From an uncultured Chloroflexia bacterium (GTDB lineage: Bacteria > Chloroflexota > Anaerolineae > B4-G1 > SLSP01), in the NCBI GenBank assembly GCA_963751345.1, contig CAVVUS010000004.1, positions 1 through 52,665 of the forward strand: a DNA stretch of 52,665 nucleotides. The letters run 5' to 3'. Positions within the stretch are counted from its first letter, which is position 1. Each line of letters opens with the position of its first letter. The position numbers were made by a program, and so were the translations under genes. Positions 38,826 through 47,565 of the stretch are shown one piece after another. Under the pieces are notes generated by a model. The model made no database searches. It was not told where the DNA came from and was given only the letters and a program-made list of their open reading frames with translations.

Positions 38826-39677
38826 GTGCCAAACATCATAGAGATTGCCGACTATACCTGGAAATACCTCAATACAAGGACCCCGGCACTTGCCGGTATC
38901 AACCTCACCGTTGAGGAGGGAGCCTTTGTGGGCATCATCGGTCCCAACGGATCCGGCAAGACCACGCTGGCCTACTCAATGGACGGACTGATTCCGGGGC
39001 AGTACAACGGCATCAAACATGGGACCGTGGAGGTCTTCGGGAAAGAGGTAGAGGACTATGGCCAGGGCGAGCTTCAGCGGCTGATAGGTGTCGTGTTCTC
39101 CGATCCTGAAGCACAGTTCACGGCGATGACGGTGGAGGATGAACTCGTCTTCGGTATGGAGAACATCGGGCTCACCGTCCCCGAGATCCACGAGCGGCTC
39201 GAGTGGGTCACGGGACTGACGGAGCTGGGACACCTGCTAGAAAAGCCCCCCTACGAGATCTCCGGCGGGCAAAAGCAGCGCGTCGCGCTGGCTGCTGTGC
39301 TTGCGATGATGCCGAAGGTGCTCATCCTCGACGAGCCGACTTCGATGCTGGACCCCGTAAGCCGCGTCCGAATCTTCGACGTCCTAGCCAAGCTCAAGGC
39401 AGAGCAGAACAACACGATCATCGTCATTGAGCACAGCCTCGAAAACCTCGTGCCGTTGGCGGATCGTATGGTCCTGTTAGTGGATGGTGAAGTCCTTCTG
39501 GCAGATGAAACCCAGACGTTCTTCCAACAGACCGAGTTGCTGCTGGAGCACAGCGTCTATCCTCCCGGCGCGCTGCGGTTTTTCTACGAACTCAGCCGGA
39601 GAGCGGAATATCAGGGGCGCTACCCATTTACGGTTGAGGAAGCAAGCGCCCTCCTGCATGGCTTGGTCAAGGCCTGA
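38826..39677 (+). CDS. ecfA: ECF transporter ATPase
   Basis: GPNGSGKTT, ISGGQKQR, LDEPTSMLD, IEH. Confidence 0.92.
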   Translation: MPNIIEIADYTWKYLNTRTPALAGINLTVEEGAFVGIIGPNGSGKTTLAYSMDGLIPGQYNGIKHGTVEVFGKEVEDYGQGELQRLIGVVFSDPEAQFTAMTVEDELVFGMENIGLTVPEIHERLEWVTGLTELGHLLEKPPYEISGGQKQRVALAAVLAMMPKVLILDEPTSMLDPVSRVRIFDVLAKLKAEQNNTIIVIEHSLENLVPLADRMVLLVDGEVLLADETQTFFQQTELLLEHSVYPPGALRFFYELSRRAEYQGRYPFTVEEASALLHGLVKA

Positions 39678-39693
39678 ATCGGAAGGATTTACG

Positions 39694-40536
39694 ATGGCAG
39701 ACGGTACAACCTATATTATGGTCGATAACCTGAGTTACACGTATCCCGACGGGACCCAGGCACTATCGAACATCAGCTTGGAGATCTCCGTCGGTGAGTT
39801 TATCGCCCTCATTGGCCAGAACGGGTCGGGCAAGACAACGCTCTCCAAGTGCCTCAATGGGCTATATAAGCCCACCTCCGGCGACGTGATCGTCGACGGT
39901 CTCAACTCGAAGCAAAGCTCGATCGTCCAGATGGTGCGACGCGTGGGGTACGTCTTTCAAAATCCCGATCACCAGCTCTTCAACAACAACTGCTGGGACG
40001 AGATTGCCTACGGGCCACGGAATATCCAGCTTCCCGAGGACGAGGTCAAGGAACGCGTCGAGGAGGCTATCGCCGTCGTAGGGCTACCTGAGATTTACTA
40101 CCGGGAACATCCCTTCTTCCTGTCCAAGGGGCTCCGTCAACGCGTGGCGATCGCTTCGATCCTGGCTCTCAGACCTCAGGTGATCATCGTGGATGAGCCG
40201 ACGACGGGCCAGGATACCCGGCAGTCGCTGGAAATCATGGACTTTCTAAAGACCCTGAACGACGAACGCGGGCACACAGTCATCATCATCACCCACGATA
40301 TGCCGATCGTGGGCCAGTACGCTCGCAGGGTGATTGCGATGGGACGAGCCCGAGTGGTGGCGGATGGTCCGACAAGAGAAGTCTTCGCCATGTCCAAGAT
40401 CCTGCAAGAGACCCACCTGGCACCTCCCCAGATCACGCAACTCGCACAGAGCTGCCGGGACTTGGGCTTCGACGCCGGCACTATGACCGTGCACGAGATG
40501 CTCGAGCAGTACGAAACATTGGTGCATCGAGGGTAA
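39694..40536 (+). CDS. ecfA: ECF transporter ATPase, second copy
   Basis: GQNGSGKTT, FQNPDHQ, variant signature LSKGLRQR, VDEPTTGQD, ITHD. Confidence 0.92.
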   Translation: MADGTTYIMVDNLSYTYPDGTQALSNISLEISVGEFIALIGQNGSGKTTLSKCLNGLYKPTSGDVIVDGLNSKQSSIVQMVRRVGYVFQNPDHQLFNNNCWDEIAYGPRNIQLPEDEVKERVEEAIAVVGLPEIYYREHPFFLSKGLRQRVAIASILALRPQVIIVDEPTTGQDTRQSLEIMDFLKTLNDERGHTVIIITHDMPIVGQYARRVIAMGRARVVADGPTREVFAMSKILQETHLAPPQITQLAQSCRDLGFDAGTMTVHEMLEQYETLVHRG

Positions 40537-40651
40537 CCGGCGCCCGGCAGTAACTCACGCTCTGCATCGCCCACCGAAGTGGTATACTATCACTTAGGTG
40601 ATAAGTGAGGAACCTTCACGAAGGCGCGAGCAGACATATCGGGGGCGCAGC

Positions 40652-41935
40652 GTGAGTAACCAGGCGCACGATACCCGCGGATGGTATCGCCTGGACAATG
40701 CAGCGAATGTTTACCCCGCGATTAGAAACCGGAGACGCCCCGGCCTGTTTCGAGTATCGGCGACGCTCAAGGAGCCCATCCGGCCCGACCTACTTCAGCA
40801 AGCAGTCAATACCACACTAAAACGCATCCCAAGCTTCTCCGTACGGATGCGGTCGGGGCTCTTCTGGCACTACTTCAGCCACTCCAGTGATACGCTCCAC
40901 ATCCAGGAAGATGTGATCAACCCCTGCATGGCCCTATCGTCCAGAAAAGACAACGGGTTCCAGATCCGCGTCCGCTATCACGATCGTCGTATCGCTCTGG
41001 AGGTGTTCCACTCGGTCTCGGATGGCTCAGGGGCAATGGTCTTCTTGAAGACATTGCTGGCGCAATACTTGATACTTCGCGGCATCAGTGTTTCTGCCAC
41101 GCATGGCGTGCTCGACTGCGACGTGTCACCGAGGCCAGGGGAAACGACGGATGATTTCGCTGCATTTGCCGGTCACAGCGCTCCTCGGAGCCGTCGTGAG
41201 AGGCGCGCATACCACGTGTCCGGTACCCGGCTACCCCGCCATCAGATCGAGATTATCACCGGAACGCTCCCGATAGATGCAGTGAAAGAGGAGGGCCGGC
41301 GGCACGGTGTATCGATCACCGAGTACCTGACCGGCGTGTATCTTTACGTTCTGCATGGCATCCAGATATCTGAACATCGGCTCCGGTCACTCCCCGTCAA
41401 GGTGCAGGTGCCGGTCAACCTACGGCGATTCCACCCGAGCGAAACTCTACGCAACTTCTCATCCTACGTCAACGTGGGCATCGATCCGACTCACGGCGAC
41501 TACACCTTGGAGGAGGTGCTGTCACTGGTGCACCACTTCATGCGATATGAGGTGACCGACAAGCACCTGCGATCACGCGTAGCGGTCAATATCCGCACCG
41601 AACGGAATCCCCTCGTGAGGATCATGCCGCTGCTCCTCAAGAATCGCGTGATCAGTCTTGGGTACAAGCTCTCGGGCCCAGCGATCTTCACCAGCGTCCT
41701 GACCAATCTGGGTGTTGTCGACGTGCCACCGGAGATGGCGGCTCACGTCGAAATGTTCGACTTCAACCTCGGCCCCTCAGAGATCACCAATACCAACTGC
41801 GCGGTCCTGGGCTACAATGGACAGTTACGGATCAACTTCGCGCGCGTCATCGAGGAGCCAACGGTGGAACACGCCTTTTTCACGCACTTCGTACGTCAAG
41901 GCATTCCGGTCAAGGTCGAGAGCAACACAGGGTAG
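40652..41935 (+). CDS. Alcohol-acetyltransferase / condensation-domain-like acyltransferase
   Basis: WYRLDNAA, FHSVSDGSG (HxxxDG), PVNLR, TLRNF, TNLG. The start could be 40598. Confidence 0.82.
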   Translation: MSNQAHDTRGWYRLDNAANVYPAIRNRRRPGLFRVSATLKEPIRPDLLQQAVNTTLKRIPSFSVRMRSGLFWHYFSHSSDTLHIQEDVINPCMALSSRKDNGFQIRVRYHDRRIALEVFHSVSDGSGAMVFLKTLLAQYLILRGISVSATHGVLDCDVSPRPGETTDDFAAFAGHSAPRSRRERRAYHVSGTRLPRHQIEIITGTLPIDAVKEEGRRHGVSITEYLTGVYLYVLHGIQISEHRLRSLPVKVQVPVNLRRFHPSETLRNFSSYVNVGIDPTHGDYTLEEVLSLVHHFMRYEVTDKHLRSRVAVNIRTERNPLVRIMPLLLKNRVISLGYKLSGPAIFTSVLTNLGVVDVPPEMAAHVEMFDFNLGPSEITNTNCAVLGYNGQLRINFARVIEEPTVEHAFFTHFVRQGIPVKVESNTG

Positions 41936-41940
41936 TCGCT

Positions 41941-42648
41941 ATGCCTTACTGCGTGAATTGCGGGGTGGAGTTGAGCGACAGCGCCAAGCGCTGTCCCCTG
42001 TGTGGCGTGGAAGTCGTGCTGCCTGAGTCCATTCGCAGCACCATGGCGAATGGCAGCCTACCACAGCAGCGAGACGCTGTGGTGAGCGACTTCGACAAGA
42101 GCCTCTGGATCCAGGTAGTTTCTGTCCTGATGTTCATCCCCGCTTTGGTCTCCCTGGTGATCGACGGTGTCTTTGGCCAGGGCTTCACGTGGTCGCTTTA
42201 CGTTGCCGCAACCCTGGCAACGGTATGGGTATGGTGCGTGAGCCCGTTTCTCTACCGTCGCAACATCGTACCGCTTTGGATCGCCACTGATATGGTGGCA
42301 ATGCTGGGCCTCCTCTACGTAGTTGACGCCATCTCACATACCGGCAACTGGTTCCTGCCGCTTGCGGCGCCAATTACACTCAGTTTGAGCCTGCTGACCC
42401 TCATGATCGTCGAACTCACACGTCGGAGAGTCCTCCGCGAATTGCACGTGGTGGCTGCGATCTTGATCGCTCTCGGCGTCTTCTGCATCGTCGTGGAGAG
42501 CACGGTCGATCTCTACGTGACGCATACCCTCAAGCTGCAATGGTCCCTGTTGGTCCTTGCTTCGTGCGTCCCGTTGGCTGTCATCGCCATCCTGTTGCAG
42601 CGGCGCAGGCCGATCGTCGAAGGCATGAAGATGTGGTTCAGGATGTAG
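41941..42648 (+). CDS. Zn-ribbon plus multi-TM membrane protein (DUF6320-like)
   Basis: YCVNCGVEL..RCPLC followed by about six TM helices, 5 nt after the acyltransferase. Confidence 0.78.
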   Translation: MPYCVNCGVELSDSAKRCPLCGVEVVLPESIRSTMANGSLPQQRDAVVSDFDKSLWIQVVSVLMFIPALVSLVIDGVFGQGFTWSLYVAATLATVWVWCVSPFLYRRNIVPLWIATDMVAMLGLLYVVDAISHTGNWFLPLAAPITLSLSLLTLMIVELTRRRVLRELHVVAAILIALGVFCIVVESTVDLYVTHTLKLQWSLLVLASCVPLAVIAILLQRRRPIVEGMKMWFRM

Positions 42649-42677
42649 TGCGGCGGATCCATCACGGGACTGTGGAT

Positions 42678-44510
42678 CTATTTGAGAACCAGGGGCAGAT
42701 AGAGCGAGAACAGCGGCTCATACTCCACTGCTCCGATGTCGCAGATCGCTACGCCGTCGCCGTCGCCGTCAACAGGACGTGCGATGCCACGCTGATCATA
42801 GAGAGGACACATGGCGTTGTCGCCAGCGTCGATGGCAGGGCTTGTGCTGGCAAGGGCGTGGTAGAGACTGGCGCCACCCACACCCCCAAGCGGTTCCAGC
42901 AACGGCTGAGTGTTGGGTTGGTCCGTGGACTGCCCGAACCCGCACGTGCTGGTGTCCTCGACATTGTAGCCCGTGCTGAAGAGCCCAAACTCGCAGTTGC
43001 TGTCGCCATTGCCCGCGACGATGCTGTTCCGGATGGTGACGGCGTCGAGGTTAGCAATGCCGTCACCCAATGCCGCGGCGTTGTCGGCAACGGTGGCGTT
43101 CGTCACCGTGATGATGCCGCTGTACGGCGAGGCGGCCAGATTCAGGACGCCTCCGCCCTCGTTACCGGCGGTGTTTCCGCTGACCGTCGTACTGCTGATC
43201 GTCGTGTTGCCCCCCACCTGGTACAGGCCTCCACCATCCATCGCGCTGTTGTTACTTAGCGTGCTGTACGCGATGAAGACCTGACCGCCGCCGGCGTTCA
43301 AAATCCCGCCACCATCGCTGCCAGCAGTGTTGCTGATGACAGCGACCGCGTTCAGTACGACCTGCCCGTCGCTGGAAACACCACCGCCGTCAAAGACGGC
43401 ACTGTTGCTGATGACGGTGGTCTGGTATAGCGAAAGGGCACTGTGGGAGTTGTATATCCCGCCACCGTTGGCGGTGAGATTCCCGCCGATCACCGTATTA
43501 CTGATGTTGACCGAGCTGTCCAGGGCATAGACCCCACCCCCTTGACCTGGGATACTGCGGCTTGCGCGGTTGGACCGGAGCACTGCGGCATCCACCGACA
43601 ATGTACCGCTGATAACATAGATGCCGCCGCCGTAGTCCACAAGGTTGCCCGCGATATGGTCGCCATAAAGGTACGCCGCAGCGCTGTGCACTGCGATTCC
43701 TCCCCCATACCCGATCCCGAGGGCGTCGTTGTGGGATATGAAGTTGCTCGCGAACAACGCTATGCCCCCGATCACATCAACGCCGGCCCCAAAGCCCGAA
43801 GTGCCGTCGATCGTGTTCGAGATGACGATGTTGCGGGTGAGCGTAGCCTGAGCGTTCTCCAGCTGCACGCCACCACCGTACCCTTCCTGTCCGAGACCCA
43901 GGGTCGAATTGCCCTCGATCCGGTTGTCTTCCAACGTCGGAGCACCACGCTGCACCCAGATGCCCCCGCCCAGGTAGAACGCGCTGTTGCTGATCACGAC
44001 GTTGTTGCGGATGATGGCGTTGCTGTCAACCAGGCGCATCCCACCACCGTGGTTGCTGCCCAGCTCGGCGCGCCCGCCCGTGACAACAAAGCCATCCACG
44101 GTGGGATCGGCACCAAGGACACTGACCACCGACTGAGTCTGGTCAAGCGGTCGAATGGTAACCGAGAATGCGTCCGTATCTCGAAGGGAGAACGCCGGGT
44201 TCCAGCCACCCTCCAGAGTCACCGTCTTGCTGATCACGACGTTCTCGGTATACACACCCGCCGCTACACGAATCGTGTCACCCGGGTTCGCCATCGCCAG
44301 AGCGGCGCCGATGGTGCTCTGACATTCTCCAGCCCCACCGGGAGCGACACACCACACGCTGGGTACCTGGCTCTCACGGTTTGCGAGGACGCTCGACACA
44401 CCGGTCAGGAAGGCCCATATCAAGAGGATCGCAGACAGGATCGAGATAGCCAGGCCGAATCTGCGGCGGGCGTGGGTCCAGCGGCTCAACTGCGGTCCGA
44501 GTTCGACCAT
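42678..44510 (-). CDS. Secreted right-handed beta-helix protein with choice-of-anchor-Q-like C-terminus and YLPLV tail
   Basis: N-terminal TM/signal, many GGGI/GGGV-NxA repeats, SPAIDAG..CPLYDQRG..RP.DGDGDG..CDIGAVE, ending LYLPLVLK. Confidence 0.88.
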   Translation of the reverse strand: MVELGPQLSRWTHARRRFGLAISILSAILLIWAFLTGVSSVLANRESQVPSVWCVAPGGAGECQSTIGAALAMANPGDTIRVAAGVYTENVVISKTVTLEGGWNPAFSLRDTDAFSVTIRPLDQTQSVVSVLGADPTVDGFVVTGGRAELGSNHGGGMRLVDSNAIIRNNVVISNSAFYLGGGIWVQRGAPTLEDNRIEGNSTLGLGQEGYGGGVQLENAQATLTRNIVISNTIDGTSGFGAGVDVIGGIALFASNFISHNDALGIGYGGGIAVHSAAAYLYGDHIAGNLVDYGGGIYVISGTLSVDAAVLRSNRASRSIPGQGGGVYALDSSVNISNTVIGGNLTANGGGIYNSHSALSLYQTTVISNSAVFDGGGVSSDGQVVLNAVAVISNTAGSDGGGILNAGGGQVFIAYSTLSNNSAMDGGGLYQVGGNTTISSTTVSGNTAGNEGGGVLNLAASPYSGIITVTNATVADNAAALGDGIANLDAVTIRNSIVAGNGDSNCEFGLFSTGYNVEDTSTCGFGQSTDQPNTQPLLEPLGGVGGASLYHALASTSPAIDAGDNAMCPLYDQRGIARPVDGDGDGVAICDIGAVEYEPLFSLYLPLVLK

Positions 44511-44546
44511 CGCTATCTCCCAAATAGAGTAAAATACCTAATATAT

Positions 44547-44575
44547 ATTATAATAATATGGTATATAGATGTCAA
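44547..44575 (-). promoter_or_regulatory. Perfect-consensus sigma70 promoter
   Basis: Minus strand TTGACA (44575-44570), 17 nt, TATAAT (44552-44547), within an AT-rich patch. Confidence 0.85.
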
Positions 44576-44615
44576 GCAGAGCTTCCAGAATCACAGAACG
44601 CCTCCGGCCCTATGA

Positions 44616-44643
44616 TTGACACGGCTCTTCTGAAGAGTATCCT
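44616..44643 (+). promoter_or_regulatory. Probable promoter of the oxidoreductase operon with palindromic spacer
   Basis: TTGACA-16-TATCCT. The spacer contains CTCTTC-T-GAAGAG. Confidence 0.55.
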
Positions 44644-44720
44644 AGCCACAACCCACCACCGCTGAGTCTCTACCGCCAAATCTTGAGACATGCGTGATGA
44701 GGCAGTGAAGGAGGAAAGTC

Positions 44721-45716
44721 ATGGAGCATCGGTTACTGGGTCAAACAGGTATCACCGTATCGGCGCTTGGTTTTGGCTGTGGGGCCGTTGGGGGGCTGTT
44801 GGTCCGGGGGGACTCTGGGGATATCGTGCGCGTGGTCGCCCGCGCAATCGAGTCCGGCATCACCTACTTCGATACCGCCCGCGCCTACGGCAACGGCCAA
44901 TCGGAGGCCAGCCTAGGTCGCGTCCTCGAGGAGTTACGGGCCGATGTCGTGGTCGGAACAAAGGTCAACTTGCTGGCTGAGGAGATGGCCGATATTGAGC
45001 AGTCCATCATCGACTCGGCGGAGGGTAGCTTACGGCGCCTAAGACGCGACCGGATCGACCTGATCCAACTGCACAATGTCGTCCGACACCAGCGGCAGGC
45101 AGATCGCGGCTGGGTGAGCCTCGCCGACGTCGAGGCCGCGCTGGCTGCGTTCGAGAAACTCAAACAGCAGGGCAAAGTGAGCCATTACGGCATCAATGGA
45201 CTCGGAGATACCGATGTGCTCCACCAAGCCATCGATCTGGACCTCGCGGAGACTGTGCAGTCCTGTTTCAACCTGATCAACCCCACTGCGGGTCTGCCAA
45301 CGCCGGCGGCGTTCCCTTTCCAGGACTACCGGCAACTGATCGATGGAGCTGCCGCACATCACATGGGTGTCATTGCCATCCGCGTTCTGGCCGCCGGCGC
45401 GCTCAGCGGATCTCCCGACCGAGCCCCCAACGCCGCGCCCAGCGTCGCGCCGATAGGCACGGGGACAAGCTATCTCGAGGATGTCGCGCTGGCCAGACGT
45501 TTCAACTTTCTGGTCGAGGATGGGTATGTCGAAAGCCAGGTCGAAGCTGCTATCCGGTTTGTGATCGGTAAGCAAGAGGTCTCAACCGTGCTGGTCGGCA
45601 TCTCCAATATGGAGCAACTGGAGGAAGCTGTCCTCTACGCCAACCGCGGGCCACTACCCGGCGAAGCGCTCGACCGTCTGCCCGCCGTCTGGGCATCCTA
45701 TCCAACCGAAGCGTAA
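44721..45716 (+). CDS. Aldo/keto reductase
   Basis: LGFGC, YFDTARAYG, GTK, SLRRLRRDRIDLIQLHN. Confidence 0.94.
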   Translation: MEHRLLGQTGITVSALGFGCGAVGGLLVRGDSGDIVRVVARAIESGITYFDTARAYGNGQSEASLGRVLEELRADVVVGTKVNLLAEEMADIEQSIIDSAEGSLRRLRRDRIDLIQLHNVVRHQRQADRGWVSLADVEAALAAFEKLKQQGKVSHYGINGLGDTDVLHQAIDLDLAETVQSCFNLINPTAGLPTPAAFPFQDYRQLIDGAAAHHMGVIAIRVLAAGALSGSPDRAPNAAPSVAPIGTGTSYLEDVALARRFNFLVEDGYVESQVEAAIRFVIGKQEVSTVLVGISNMEQLEEAVLYANRGPLPGEALDRLPAVWASYPTEA

Positions 45717-45728
45717 GGAGGAGCCACG

Positions 45729-46472
45729 ATGAAGCAGTTCTGCATCACGACCGCCATGGGAAAGCGCCTGATTGGCAAGGGCGTCGCGCACTTGCCCCGG
45801 ATTCAGGACGTTCTGGGCAAAGGCACACTCGTCATCATCGCAGGCACGACCAACGGCTACGTCGCCGAGGAGATTCTCGGCATGTTGGGGCAAGCTGAGG
45901 GCTTTACCCGCACCGGCTTCCGGCGGGGCGTCACGGTTGCGCCGGGCGCCACGTTACCGGACGCACCGCTCGCGGGGGACGTGGTCATCGTCGACGGGAC
46001 GTGGCTGCGAGGCAAGACGATCTATGACGCGGTCGACAGCCTCAAGGCAGGCGACATCGTGCTGAAGGGGGCCAACGCTTTCGATCCCTACGGACATGCA
46101 GCGGTACAGATCGGTGATGCGCAAGGCGGGACTATCCACGCGACCCTGGCTGCGGTCTTCGGTCGCCGCGTGCAGCTCATCGTGCCGGTGGGCGTGGAAA
46201 AGCGCGTCTTCGAAGACGTCGGCGAGCTGGCAAGCCACGTGAACGCGCCGGGCGCTTCGGGGCCGCGGCTCTATCCGATTCCCGGCACCATTTTCACCGA
46301 GCTGGATGCCATTGGACTGCTGACCGGCGCGGAGGCCATGCTCGTGGCCGCGGGCGGCGTCTACGGCGCCGAAGGGGCGGCGTGGGTCGGGGTCGACGGT
46401 ACACCGGAGCAACAAGCAGCCGCCGCGGGTTTGATCCGCTCCGTGCGTGACGAGCCGCCCTGCGAAGTGTAG
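45729..46472 (+). CDS. Conserved hypothetical protein
   Basis: AAGGAGGAG RBS; GTTNGYVAEE, LKGANA and PVGVEK motifs; operonic spacing. Confidence 0.8.
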   Translation: MKQFCITTAMGKRLIGKGVAHLPRIQDVLGKGTLVIIAGTTNGYVAEEILGMLGQAEGFTRTGFRRGVTVAPGATLPDAPLAGDVVIVDGTWLRGKTIYDAVDSLKAGDIVLKGANAFDPYGHAAVQIGDAQGGTIHATLAAVFGRRVQLIVPVGVEKRVFEDVGELASHVNAPGASGPRLYPIPGTIFTELDAIGLLTGAEAMLVAAGGVYGAEGAAWVGVDGTPEQQAAAAGLIRSVRDEPPCEV

Positions 46473-46518
46473 GAACCTGGACAACACTCCCACCACTATC
46501 TCGGGATAGAAGGAAGCG

Positions 46519-47547
46519 ATGGCTGAGTCCAACAACGTGAGAATTGCGTTCGTCGGCTGTGGAGGTATCGCCCAAGCCCATTGGCGAGGCATCCAAAGCC
46601 ATGCTCCGCAGCTGCAGGTCGTGGCTGCTGTTGATGAGAACTCTTCCCGGGCAGCCGAGATGGCCGGTCAGACAGGTGGACGGGCGTTTACCTCGTTGGA
46701 CGATGCCCTTGCCTGGGGCAACTTCGATGCGGTAGACATTATGTTGCCGCATAACGTGCACGAAGAGGCCGCTATCCTGGCCTTTGCGGCAGGGAAGCAC
46801 GTTGTGCTGGAGAAGCCTATGGCGACGACCATAGACGCTTGCGACCGTATCCTTGCGGCTGCGAGAGAGGCCGGGACGGTGTTCATGATCGCCGAGCAGT
46901 CGCAGTACTGGCCCGACGTGGTCAAGGTGCAACAACTGATCCGGGAGGGGGCCATCGGCGAGATCATCACGGCCCGCGCAGCCTCCGTGGAGCCGCCGGT
47001 GAGCGCCGAGGGGCCGACGCGGCCCTGGCGGTTGATCAAGGCCGAGGCCGGCGGTGGCATCTGCATCGACGGAGGCCTGCACTGGGTACGCCCGCTGCGG
47101 ATGTGGCTGGGTGACGTCGACGAGGTCGTCGCCGCGCTGGATTATCCTCACAAGGAAATGGAGGGCGAGTCGCTGGCCTATGCCATCTTTCGTTTCACGT
47201 CGGGCAGGTTCGCCGCCTATGAGGCGCTTCGCGCGGGCGCCGCGCAGGCGCCAAACAACGAGGATTTCCGCGTCACCGGCACCGAGGGCATTCTCGTCAT
47301 CGAGAATGGCCGCACGAGGCGCACACTTCTCTACGACCCACACCACCCCGAGGGACGCGACGTACCGTTGCCGGCCGGTGCGACGCATAGCTCGGCCTAT
47401 GGCCTCGAACTCGCCGACTTTGCCCAAGCCGTTTTGGAAGGCACGCCCTTGACGGCGACGCCCGAGGACTCGCTGGGCGACCTGCGGACCGTGTTGGCGA
47501 TGTACCGGTCGGCAGAGAGCCGCCGGTGGGAGAAAGTGGCGGACTGA
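46519..47547 (+). CDS. Gfo/Idh/MocA oxidoreductase
   Basis: VGCGGIA, GKHVVLEKP, GGGICIDGGLH. Confidence 0.93.
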   Translation: MAESNNVRIAFVGCGGIAQAHWRGIQSHAPQLQVVAAVDENSSRAAEMAGQTGGRAFTSLDDALAWGNFDAVDIMLPHNVHEEAAILAFAAGKHVVLEKPMATTIDACDRILAAAREAGTVFMIAEQSQYWPDVVKVQQLIREGAIGEIITARAASVEPPVSAEGPTRPWRLIKAEAGGGICIDGGLHWVRPLRMWLGDVDEVVAALDYPHKEMEGESLAYAIFRFTSGRFAAYEALRAGAAQAPNNEDFRVTGTEGILVIENGRTRRTLLYDPHHPEGRDVPLPAGATHSSAYGLELADFAQAVLEGTPLTATPEDSLGDLRTVLAMYRSAESRRWEKVAD

Positions 47548-47565
47548 CGCCGGGAAGGAGCAGCA

